DNA of 64,000 nucleotides from Oculina patagonica (Eukaryota): NCBI RefSeq assembly GCF_052425735.1, contig NC_135763.1, positions 29,202,001 to 29,266,000 of the forward strand, read 5' to 3'. Shown piece by piece: positions 48,796 to 60,883 of this stretch (position 1 is its first letter; each line of letters starts with the position of its first letter). The notes under the pieces were generated by a model. It saw only the letters and a program-made list of their open reading frames with translations, ran no database searches and was not told where the DNA came from. The position numbers and the translations under genes were made by a program.

Positions 48796-50494
48796 TTGAT
48801 CAGCTTTGTACTGACTCGTGAGAATGAAATGGACATCAAACGAGCGAACGGACGTTCACGGTAATGACACGGTTATAATATTGATGAAAAAAATATATAT
48901 ATATATTTAAATGGGGTGACGAAAGGCAATGTTGTGTTTTCATATTCAACTTACAAAGAGCCTTGCTAAACCGTGTGAAGGAACTGCGTTTGTTTTCTGT
49001 TTTCATATAAAATACTATAGGTTCGATCCAGAGCCAATTACATCAGCCATTAAGATACCTTGCCCCCTACAGTCCTTGAGTGAAGCTCACATAGACTTTG
49101 CTACCGAGTTTTTCCTGGGTTTAGGTTGAAAGGTAAGAAAGCATTGGAAAGATTTCGAATGGGCTAGCAGGCTAATTTCTCATCAATTTCTCAAAAACAA
49201 CAAACCTGCCTTCAAAGAATTGACAACAGTTTTGATTTTAGTTTAGTAATAAGGTTTTTAAAGCGTCAATTCGAACGCTCAATCTAAGGGATATGGCGAC
49301 GTAAGTTAATAATTATAGGACTCCACGTTGTTTCTGTAATTGTGATTTTTCTTGCAAATGAAGTGTATAAAATACGGGATACGTTTATTCATATACTTTT
49401 TGTTTGTAACAAATTAGACTAACATGAGGTACCTTACGTCGTAAATTGGTTCTGGATCGTTTTATTATTTGTTTCTTTTAAAATTGGTGCGGTAAACTAA
49501 CTTGGACACGATTCTCTTTGCGCTTTCTTATACTTTTCAATGGACAAAGTATCGAAATAAAAAAAAATCATAGTAAAAGATAAAATAAACTGGATGAAAA
49601 AGACTGAATGACGCTTCAAATATAATGCAAACAAGAACATGCTATACTGTTGAACATAATAACTTTTTTATTTGATGAAAAGCAAGGTGTAAGATATAAA
49701 ACAATACAACGCACCATGTAGAGATTATTTCAACAAACATTAAGTAAATACACTTAGAACAAAGCGACAGCTAAGTGAAGGCAAATCTCCATGGCGTTCA
49801 TTTAGTGGCGTTTCAATTTTTATTACGAATACGAAGCAATTACAAATTTTTCTAAGCTTTCAAAGATCGGGCACACGGGTGATTATCCGTATCAATGATT
49901 TAGGTACGTGATGATGGAAATCCTCGAATGAAAACAACGGCGAAAATTGTGCTTGTATTAAGATTGTGTGTGACGAACCACAAATGTCTTATAGGAGGTA
50001 AATAAGCTCTCAAATGAAATGTAAATAAGGAGTGTTCAATTTTCGGATTTAATGGGGGTGTTTATTGGACAAGTAACAAGGTGAAAGGTGTAAAATAACA
50101 CAAGAACATTGTACAAGTAAGAAGAATACACTAACGTCAAAGCAGCTGTTGCCATGTGACAAAAACTGTTTTAAGTGTGAAAAGAATTGTATACAATTGA
50201 ATACAAACAGAACTGTAGTCATATATACCTCACAGAAAACCTGACACAAAAGACTTGTTTGAGTAGCTGAAATTGGAAATTACCTAGTATTGAGTTCTTT
50301 TCTGGCTATACAGCGAGCAAGTACACTGTACTTGTTTAGCTGGCCTGTAAGTAGAATATGATACCAGCATTTAGATTAGCTATAAAATATTTAAGCACGT
50401 ATCTTCAAAAAACAATGAAAATAATTGATAGCATTTTATCTTTTTAGGACAGGTCGTGGGTAAGATATTACTTGTCACTTGTCGAAGTTATCAC

Positions 50495-50501
50495 TATAAA
50501 A
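50495..50501 (+). promoter_or_regulatory. Putative TATA box of MMP-h (equivalent TATAAAA at about 60814 for MMP-i)
   Basis: CTATAAAATA lies 65-70 bp upstream of the ATG in both plus-strand paralogs. Confidence 0.55.
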
Positions 50502-50559
50502 TAAGTGAGCCATTTTTCCAGAATGCTCACTTTCAATTGGAGCTTTCTACAGAAAAATC

Positions 50560-53500
50560 ATGAATATGTTGGCTGCTGTACTTCTGCTGCCGTTCCTCAT
50601 TGGGATTGCGGTTTGCGAAGATGACCAAACTATGGCCTTGGTAAGTATGGGATTTAAAAAAATTTCAAATAAGTACAGACGACGATTATTCTAAGCTTTT
50701 TCTACTTATCAAAGCTTTATGATGTTGAAAGAGAACTTTAACATCTACCTTCCAAAGTGCTTTAACCGATGTTTTCAGAGAATAATAAAACGTTCATTAC
50801 TAGGATCGTAATTTGGATTACATAAATTTTAACCATTTCGTCAGAGCCTTACTTAACTTAGGCAAAGCTGAAAAAAAGTTTTTTTTGTATTATCTTTATT
50901 TAAAATTTTTTTAGTCTGTAATAAAAGTGGAAGGCGTAATATTCATAGTTAAAAAAAATGGTCATGTTATTGCACAACTTGAAAACGTTGCGAAAAGAAA
51001 TTCTGAAAAAAACCCTAATTGTTTTGTTAACCAGTGTAGCATAATACTGAATAAATATTTTATCTGCTTTATCCACCATTGTCTTTCACATGGTTTCTTG
51101 ATTATATAATCTTACCTTGTAATTTATATTAAAAATATATGACTGGATTTATAAAAACCAGGTTAATGAAATTTTCATCGTTGTTAGCGCAAATCGACGT
51201 AAACGCGTTTTTTTTTTTTCATCTCCAAAGTAGACGATACTAAAACTGAAGTGAATGTCAGTCTTTTTTTCTCTCCTCCTCTCTCTTTTCTAACTTTCAG
51301 CGCTGTAGTTCATTTTTTTCCCTTTCTCGGCATGTTTTTAGGCCACATCGCAGTGTAATGTACTTGGTCAAAAATACTCAGGTCACCGACTTTTCTTTGA
51401 CCACGTTTTCATAAATCCAGTTATATATATTTTACCAACAATCCACGGCAGTAGACCGGAAAGTATTTTTTCTATTAATATTTTCCGCATTTTCATTAAT
51501 TTTAATTTCGTGCGATCGACATGCAATGACTGGGTTCGACAGCTGGCGACACTGAATATCCAGAATTATCTGCACCCCACGGAGTATATATTGTAATTAG
51601 AACTGAATGTATAGAAATATCAATAAGTAACTAATTTATCCGAAACCAATATATAAAATAATTCACTAAATATCCACGATAATTCATTTTCAGCATTTTC
51701 TTGACCAATACGGATATATATCAAAGTCCAGAAGTGGCAACCACGACGTACCAACGGCCATCAGCAGGTTTCAAGAGTACTTTGGTCTTCCGGTCAGCGG
51801 CAAACTCGATGACTCAACTATCCGTCTCATGAAGAAACCTCGATGTGGTATGAGTGATCCAACTGGAGAAGATCGCATGCGTAGATATGCTACTCAGGGC
51901 AAATGGAGCAAGACCCACCTGACTTATTTTGTCGAACCTGGCGAGGACCTACCACATGTGAGTACGATTATTATTATTATTTTTTTATTTTTTTTCAGCA
52001 TTCTGCTAGTAATCTACAGCAATTCTCACGTTCACATTGGATAACACTACTTACATTAATTAACATTACATGTTAAACTACACATTTTGCATTAGACTAC
52101 TTACAATATACATTACACTACATCGCTCAAAAACTGCACAATAAAAACGTTGATAACGTCACTTGTAATATTGCAATTATTAAGAAATTCATAATCTTTT
52201 CGTTGCCATAAGCCTAATCAGATTCTTTTAAAATATTTATTTATATTTCACGTATTCAGAAACACACTCAGTCCAGTACATACACCTTACAAACAACATA
52301 CAGCAGACCCCAACGTGTTCATCCTAATACGCATAAGAAATATATAAAGCGTTAGTCTGACGTAGTACTTAGATGCGTAAATCATAAGTCATTTTTTTTA
52401 GAAATTTTCTCCATTAAGGAACATGTTCAAATAGCTTATTCTTTGACTTGAAGTATGATTTGCAAGAGGCGATTTGTTCAGATCTCGTAATGGTGCAAAC
52501 GAATGTGAGGAAGATATTATTTTTACTGTATATTATATTTTATACTATGTAACGTAGGACCAACAAAGGCAGATATTTGCTGATGCACTGCAGTTCTGGG
52601 CTGACGTGTCTGGGTTGACATTCAGTGAAGCCGGTAGCGCCGCTGAGGCCGACATCAAAATAAGGTAGTTTCGTTAGTTTGTATATATGACGTATATATA
52701 AGATAATTTAACAACAATTTTTTATCTCTTATCTTTTGAAATGACCTTAAACTAAATTGGAAAATGGGATGAGATTTGCTGCTGTAATTATTGGTTGTTT
52801 TAACACTACAAGAGTTTACTCATTGTGTATGGTTTATTGTTACTTATTTTCGCGATTTTCGCGACTTTCAAAGAATCGCTAAATTAAAGACCCGTAAAAA
52901 ATTATTTTAAACCTTTTCTTTTGTAATTCTTATGTTAATGACGTATTTATTTTGGCCAAATCGCGAAAATAAAGTCCCGCGAAGTATACCCGTTCCATTT
53001 TCGCGAAATTGAGTTCCCGCGAAAATAAATATTATTGTTTTCGGGGAATTAATTTGGAAATGAGGGGTTTTGGGGGTTTTTTGGGTTTGGGCAAAAAATA
53101 TAAATTAAAAAAAAAAAAAAAAATGAAAATTTTTTTATTATTTTGGGGGTTTGAGTTTTTTAAAAAAAAGAAAAAAAAGAAAAAAAAAAAAAAAAAAAAA
53201 AAGAAAATAATATTAAAAGGTAAGTCGAATATCTATAGACTGCAGCAATCAACAACAACAAGCTTTATTTGCATGACCATAAATACACAAAGTATTGCAA
53301 AAGCATAAAACTCAACTAAATCAAGACTGATAACAATCATTATAATGTAACAATGACCATTATTATACATTGGTGTCACCAGCTTGATTTTGATTGGCTA
53401 TAAGCACGCAGCTAATTCTTGCTGGCTGTTTCTCTTACGTCATACCTACAGACATTAGATTTTACATATGTAGAAGTGACGTCATACCTACAGACAATAG

Positions 53501-55583
53501 TTTTATGCATTCAGAAGTGACGTTACCAAACACACTAACCAGCAGTTTGATCAGCTTTTTTTTGTGCGCGCTCTTGTCTTTACAAGTGCAGCTCAGGACT
53601 GTGCATAATAAAATAATTATTGGATTCGGTTCGCATGATAGCGATAATTATCAAGGCCTCAGTTTCTGTCATCCGCCTCACCCTTCGGCTTCGGCAGATA
53701 ATAGAAACTTTGGCCTTGATAATTATCGCTATTATGCGAAAACCGAATCCAATAATTGTTAATTATCAAGTTAAGAATGTCAAAATGAACTTCGTCAGTT
53801 GAATATTAAAATAATAATTATCAGGACACATTAACTTTTTGGTGGATTGTGTAGGAGGTAAGAAGAATAAGCTCGTTCACAAATCACACTAATACGAACC
53901 ATTATGGCATAACTAACACCAAAAATACATTATACCTAATCTACTAAACTATAGTAATTATAACTCAGTATTTAATAATATATTCAAATTTAAAGTTGCT
54001 CTTTGATAAACCACATTCCTTTAAATTAGCTTTGGGAGGTACTCTCACGGTGGAACCAGTGTGGAAAGCACTTGTCCTTACCCATTCAATGGACCCGGAG
54101 GAGTTCTGGCGCATGCGTACTTCCCTCAGGATGGGCGAGCCCATTTTGACGAGGATGAAACCTACACCCATGGCACTTCCAGTGGAACCAATCTTTTATG
54201 GGTGGCGGTGCACGAGTTTGGACATTCCCTGGGCCTGCAGCATACAAACATCCAAGGGGCAATCATGTACCCTTACTACACAGGATATGTCCCAGACATG
54301 CAGTTGCATTCTGATGACATTGCAGGGATTCAATCTCTGTATGGTAAGAAGACCTTTAGGGTGGTACACAATGAACAATGGAGAGTAAAAACGTACATGG
54401 ACCTGTGATTTTATGCCTTTCAACATAGGATGTTTCAATAGCTATGAATCACATTTTCACACGGTAGCGTAAAGGTCGGTTTAACCACCTTTAACAACGT
54501 TTCATTGATGGTGTAAAGTTGGATAACCAACTTTACACCAGATTTAACCACCTTTAAATTCACTTAAATCTCAATTTTCATGCCGTAGATGGAAAATTTT
54601 ATTTTTAATTTCAGTTTAACACATATGTCAGCTGAAAGACATGTACATGCATGCATATTTCCGTGAAAAGTGATTTAAAAGCGTCCTTTGGGTGATTTTT
54701 AGACCTATACCGGGTAAAAGAGAAAACTGAACATTTGCTTCCCAGAGTGTGTATATTCGACCCTTGTAAAAGGTAATACCGCAAGAAAATAGCACAACAA
54801 CATACCCGATAAACCTGAAAGTGGTTCAGTCTCAGTTTTTCTTTTATGTGGGAAGGGCTGGTGGCGTTCTTGGAAATTGCGATACAGTAAAAACCCACGT
54901 ATAAGAACAAGTGGATTAAGAACACCCAGGCCTGATTTTAGGAAATAAAGTACCATTTATATAAGAACACATTCAGCCTGAAAAATGAAAGTTGTTCTTA
55001 TATGAAAAAATATCAAAGATCAACACTACTTTTCGTTGCACACATAATAGTTCCACCCCAATTACAGTACAGTATTGCCTTGATTTATCAATTTTCTTAA
55101 AATTAAAATACAATTGTGTGCATATATATTGATTTCATCTATTGGTAGCCTTATATGTTTCTTATTTTAAGAAACTTTTTTTAAGAACACTTAAGAACAC
55201 TAACAAGCTGATTTTGCAGATTATAACCCTTTATATAAAGAACCTAATCGTATCTATAACAAAATATTAATTCTCGTTTTTGATTGGTTCTGCGCGCGCC
55301 TATTTGTCGCGTAATCGGCGCGCGATCACGTGGGTGTCCAATTACAGGTATCCAATTTGAGCAACTTCAAATTGGATACCTGTAATTGGACACATACGCC
55401 ATCCGCGCGTCAATCATGCGCATTTGAATGGGTTTTTTCTTGCTGTTTTCTAACTTTTTGTGCAACCAACTGAATTTACCCTTGACTTTTCTTCACAGAA
55501 AAGGTTCCTAAAGACTTCCTAACCTCGAATTTTGTTATTGACGCGATTAATCAGTAATTGGACCTCGTGTCGTACAATTCAGA

Positions 55584-55620
<37 letters not shown>

Positions 55621-55645
55621 GGCGCGCTCGACCGATTTCGAAATG

Positions 55646-55680
<35 letters not shown>

Positions 55681-57076
55681 AGTCCAATTACTATTACAAA
55701 TCAGCCTGAACCGCCAAAATAGGTGTTTTTATACACCGGTTTTTACTATATTGTTAATTATAAAGAGGGAATTAATTATTTTATTTACAAACAGGTAGTA
55801 ACAGTGGCGGCGGTGGTGGTGAAGTGACACCAGCCCCCACGGATTCCGGTGAGTCCACTTATCGTATTTAAAAGAGCTACGTCTCGAGTATTTCGCAAAT
55901 TTTTTGGTCTTTACTGTTCTTGAATAAGTGGTGGGCAACTTTAAGACGCTCGGGCCAACATTTTCTACCTCAAATTGTTTTAAATATTTTTATTGCGATC
56001 AAATAAAGAGTTCCTTGTTTTCAAAATTGCAAAAAAAAGTGGGGGTCACCGACTTCGTTTTAAAGATAAAGCCTGTGAAAAACTACCCTAAATTGGTACA
56101 CGTAATTCAGTTTGGTTTAGAGGGTTTATAATTAAAAATAACGAAGATGAGTAAACAGAGGCAAACAATATTTACAATGAACGAGCAACAACAGCTACTA
56201 TCCTGTAGCATGTTAAAAAAAAGCAAAATTGCAGGGGAGGAGCGGGGAAGATGAGATTGCAGTGCCATTAAACTCTTACCCCTTTTTTACATTCTTTGGG
56301 ATGCGACTTTGTTATCCGTTGTGCTTATTTTTGTATGACTTGTCAATACATATTATAGGAAACTGCGACGACAGGTTGACGAGTTCATGCCAACCTTATA
56401 AGGATGCTGGTTACTGCCAGTCGTACCCTGACAACATGAAGTACTGGTGTGCGAAGACATGTTATAATTGTAAGTTGTTAGTAAAAGTTAACATTAAGTT
56501 ACAGTTCTAGAGAAGAGAACATTTATGACGTATGACGAAAGAGACAAGGAGCTCATCCAGGAAAATAACAAACTTAAAATTTGAGATGGTCTTCTTTTAT
56601 CAATGCGTTGAACATTCATAAACAGAGAAACAAAAATTATGAATTCTTTTTGGGACAAAGAATAGCAAGGGCGCATTAAGCGAGAGAGAGACAGAGAGAG
56701 AGGAGGGGGGGGGGGAGGGGGAGTCGACCCGCACTTTTCTCTCCCGAAGCCTTAATTTTGGTCACAAATGTCACCCCAGAATGCTGTTAGCAAAATTTCC
56801 ACGAACTTCAATTTTATATTAGGGAAGGTGGGGAGAAAGGCGAGGAAGTTGGTAGGGGAGCGTTGCGCTCTCGCCACAATTCTCTCTACCCATCTTTCTG
56901 AATTTTCTGGATCCGGCCCTGATACAAATCATGTCACGGTCCTCGCTGTTTATTCTGTAAAGTCAATCTAAGATTCAAGGAGTGTAGAAAATAGAGCTTA
57001 TGGGTAGTTTGATATCAGAACTACGCTAAATTACTGAAATTCGAAATGTTTCTTTTTGGTTACAGGTAACGTCTGA
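50560..57076 (+). CDS. MMP-h: matrixin-type metalloprotease with Gly/Pro linker and C-terminal ShKT domain, 7 exons, about 313 aa
   Basis: Exons 50560-50640, 51694-51957 (PRCGMSD, RMRR), 52558-52664, 54030-54343 ([17 protein letters not shown]), 55795-55848 ([18 protein letters not shown]), 56359-56469 ([35 protein letters not shown]) and 57066-57076 (T|GT=Cys, NV*). AATAAA at about 57167 and 57178. Confidence 0.88.
53388..53760. repeat. Interspersed repeat ending in a long hairpin (Crypton-like non-autonomous type)
   Basis: About 65-bp arms AATTATTGGATTCGGTT...CAAGGCC / GGCCTTG...AACCGAATCCAATAATT around CTTCGGCTTCGG. Starts with TGATTGGCT. The family label is recalled, not searched. Confidence 0.5.
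55255..55697. repeat. Second hairpin-terminated interspersed repeat
   Basis: GTACAATTCAGAGAGTAATCG...AAATCGG pairs with CCGATTT...CGATTACTCCCTGAATTGTAC. Confidence 0.5.
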
Positions 57077-57307
57077 AAAAAAGAGGACAAAGTGTGGGAG
57101 CCGCACCTTAATTTACTCGCGGTTTAATTGTTGTAGCAGTGCATGCACATTAGAAATGAACAAGAGAATAAAGGGAAAATAAATTATTGGGTTGTTTTGG
57201 TTCATTCATTTTGTCAGTTTTCATAGAACATCGATTTTTCTGAGTGATGTAATTTGCCCTCCCCCCCCCCCCCCATCTTTAGGCAAGCACGTGCTCAAAG
57301 GGATTAA

Positions 57308-57870
57308 CCCTTTCAGTGCTAAATTTCTCCAAAAACAGGGTTTTTTAACCGTTAAACTGAATTTTTGATGCTACGAGCCTGAATTTCCCTTAACTTTGCT
57401 TTAAAAACACTTCAACGATGCAGCAGGATTTTGACGAAGATTTCATGGAGAAATGAACAAAAATGTACTTTGGCGCATGCTCATAAGCCATAATTTGGCC
57501 ATTTTTTTCGTTTTTTTTTTTCTCGGCTTTGTAATTTCCACTTCCTTCTACTGTATCCGTCCTTCCTTTATACTAAAAAAAGTTTTGATTAAAACATCGG
57601 TAAACCCTGAAAGGAGGACCTCGATCTAATACAGGTGTTTTGGCCTGTTTACAGCACCGATTTTGCACCAAAAAGTGATTGACTTTTTCTCGATTAGCTC
57701 TGTCAGGATGCGACCGATACGCAAAATGAATAGTTCTTTGAAAAGGTCAAACCTAGCTCTATCAGATGCTTATCACCAAAATCTGCTGACTTTTAAATTG
57801 ATGACGTCACAAGTGGTTCATTGACTGCTCCTCCAAATGTCGACAAAAGTCGACTTTAGCACTGAAAGAG
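57308..57870. mobile_element. piggyBac-type MITE
   Basis: TTAA-CCCTTTCAGTGCTAAA ... TTTAGCACTGAAAGAG-TTAA. Confidence 0.85.
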
Positions 57871-58701
57871 TTAATTGCGCAACGGCTCCTCCCTTTCTAG
57901 TATCAGGTTCACTCTCTTCATATTCCGTTTGTCGCAAAAAAAAACAGCATAACAACAGCAAATATATTTATAAACAGCTAAAGTTGTGAATATATTTGTA
58001 TATCTTAATTAGCCTTGACCCCCCAACCCCCCCCCCCCCCTATTAGCCTTGGCCATCCCCCTCATTTTTCCCAATCTCCCCACTTTACGTAAAATATTAA
58101 TAGTGACCAATTCCAATAAAGGAATATCGCACTCTGCGGGAAGAGCGTATCGACCATAAATATACTGTGTGAGAGGCTACATTAGCTACATAACATGCTT
58201 TTTCTCTTCTCTTATTGTCAATCAGTTAATGCAATAATTTACTTTTATGCGTACCTTAATTACAAATCCAGGCGGAATTCGAAAGAAGATTCGCCGCTCG
58301 GATCAAGAAACTGTTATAGTCACAATGTATTCGTCCTGAATATAAGAAAAATAATTTTTTGAGTCCGTTTCTTACTCAGCATACTTCAGTGCCATCCGAT
58401 AAATCTTGATGTCAAAATCTCCAATGCAGTATTTGCTTGGCAATACCTTAAGGCCAAGGAAAGAAACAAAGTGCCTTTTGTGCGCCTGTACCGTATTCAA
58501 GTCATCAATTCGGGATAGCCTAGTATGTCGTTCGAATGCTGTATCCGAATTAACGCTACAAACTTACAATCGCTTTAATTGCGCCCACATAAGCAACCAT
58601 CGTGTAAAGTGAATTAGGAATCATAGTGGTGAAAATTTATGACCATGAAGGGTTAAAGTAAAGAATCCAATCCAAATAACGGTCGGTAGCGTAGCCGAAA
58701 A

Positions 58702-59112
58702 ACGACGGCCGACATCCCTCCGACGCGACGGCCGATGTCCCTCCGACGCGTTGGCCGATACACCACCGGCGCGACGGCCGACATCCCTCCGACGCGTCGG
58801 CCGACATTTCTCCGACGCATCGGCCGACATTTCTCCGACGCGACGGCCGACATCCCTCCGACGCGACGGCCGACATCCCTCCGACGCGACGGCCGACATC
58901 CCTCCGACGCGACGGCCGACATCCATCCGACGCGACGGCCGACATCCATCCGACGCGAGTGCCGACATCCCTCCGATGCGTCGGCCAAAACACCACCAAA
59001 GCGACGCCGACATCCCTTCGATGCGTCGGCCGACACACTTTCCACGCGTCGGTCGACACACTACTAATTCATCGGCCTACAGACCAACACACTACCGACG
59101 CGAAGGCCGACA
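58702..59112. repeat. GC-rich 23-bp minisatellite (GGCCGACATCCCTCCGACGCGAC)n
   Basis: Unit starts at 58707, 58730 and so on, degenerating to the right. Probably the subterminal array of a DNA transposon running into the gap. Confidence 0.85.
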
Positions 59113-59327
59113 TAAAACGAAGGCTATTTTTTTTTCTTTCTGTTTTTGGTAGGTTTATTGTCTGTTGAACTATTAATTTTTGTAATTTACTGTTCAGCCA
59201 TAAGAAGAAGTGGGAAGGAAAAAAGGATGAGAATACGATATCAACGCAATCTTCAAAACTAAAACTAGTAACTATTCTCTCATCTTTAAAACAGAAATCT
59301 AGTATCCAGTTTCTCTCAATGTTTTTT

Positions 59328-60040
59328 NNNNNNNNNNNNNNNNNNNNNNNNNNNNNNNNNNNNNNNNNNNNNNNNNNNNNNNNNNNNNNNNNNNNNNNNN
59401 NNNNNNNNNNNNNNNNNNNNNNNNNNNNNNNNNNNNNNNNNNNNNNNNNNNNNNNNNNNNNNNNNNNNNNNNNNNNNNNNNNNNNNNNNNNNNNNNNNNN
59501 NNNNNNNNNNNNNNNNNNNNNNNNNNNNNNNNNNNNNNNNNNNNNNNNNNNNNNNNNNNNNNNNNNNNNNNNNNNNNNNNNNNNNNNNNNNNNNNNNNNN
59601 NNNNNNNNNNNNNNNNNNNNNNNNNNNNNNNNNNNNNNNNNNNNNNNNNNNNNNNNNNNNNNNNNNNNNNNNNNNNNNNNNNNNNNNNNNNNNNNNNNNN
59701 NNNNNNNNNNNNNNNNNNNNNNNNNNNNNNNNNNNNNNNNNNNNNNNNNNNNNNNNNNNNNNNNNNNNNNNNNNNNNNNNNNNNNNNNNNNNNNNNNNNN
59801 NNNNNNNNNNNNNNNNNNNNNNNNNNNNNNNNNNNNNNNNNNNNNNNNNNNNNNNNNNNNNNNNNNNNNNNNNNNNNNNNNNNNNNNNNNNNNNNNNNNN
59901 NNNNNNNNNNNNNNNNNNNNNNNNNNNNNNNNNNNNNNNNNNNNNNNNNNNNNNNNNNNNNNNNNNNNNNNNNNNNNNNNNNNNNNNNNNNNNNNNNNNN
60001 NNNNNNNNNNNNNNNNNNNNNNNNNNNNNNNNNNNNNNNN
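59328..60040. other. Assembly gap (N run)
   Basis: 713 N. Confidence 1.
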
Positions 60041-60883
60041 GGTCTATACCTTTATACCTTTTTCAGTCATATCAGTCTGGCACAAAAATCACAAGAAACT
60101 CTCTACTCGTGCTACTCTCCCTCTTTTAAACAGATTTCGGACTGATATGGTAGGAAATAAATTTCTGAAACCACTCGATCCTTGGATTGACCACTTATTA
60201 TTTGGTGTCATCGGAAACTTCTAAAGACTGAAAAAGTATGGCGTAATATGAATGTTTGTTCTATTGCAGGAAATAAAGGTATTGGAAAGAAAACATTACA
60301 GTAAAAAATAAACAAGATAAGGCATCTGGAGTAAAATGTACACACATGAAATGTTCCATTGTCAGGCAGTTTCAACAGACAAAAAGAAAAGGTGAAACGT
60401 ATAAAAGAACACAAAAACATTTTGTAAACAAGGTGAATGAACTTAAGTCAAAAGGTTTGTGGAGAAGTGTGAGAAACGTTTCAAATAAAATTTTAAAGTG
60501 CGGAGGGAACCTTTGACACAATCAACGGAATTCACAGTTGTCATCACCCAACGACTGTAACACAAAACATCAATTTGAATAGCTGCAATAGGACAGCATC
60601 TGACTGAGGGGTTTTTGTTTGTACACAAGAAGAAACAAGAAGAAATAAAAAGTTATTATTGCTAAGCCGGTCCACCAGTGATTGTGCTATCGTGCCTGTA
60701 TTTACAATTCTTACGCTGATGAAAAGTAAAGCTATTTTCATGCACACACATATCATTGAAAACATTTCACTCTATTGTTTCTGGTGTAAGACACCTTTTA
60801 TGCTACTTAGTACTATAAAATACCTTAGCCAGTTCCCAGAAAGCTTACTTCTATTCTTAACTAGCCACGGACACATCAAGACA

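Noticed and set aside
53009-53308. Poly-Lys ORF
   Set aside because: A/T/G homopolymer-rich low-complexity tract, likely poor-quality sequence next to a MITE remnant.
56425-56445. MKY in the ShKT domain as the ShK Lys-Tyr functional dyad
   Set aside because: By cysteine register the ShK dyad falls at positions 5-6 after Cys3 (here D-N), while K-Y is at 8-9. It is not evidence of channel block.
58621-59168. Overlapping 110-146 aa Arg-rich ORFs; CRISPR-like appearance
   Set aside because: These come from a stop-free 23-bp minisatellite. The units are contiguous with no unique spacers, and the context is eukaryotic.
59319-60224. 301-aa ORF, and ORFs at 48543-48839
   Set aside because: They span N gaps and are artefacts.
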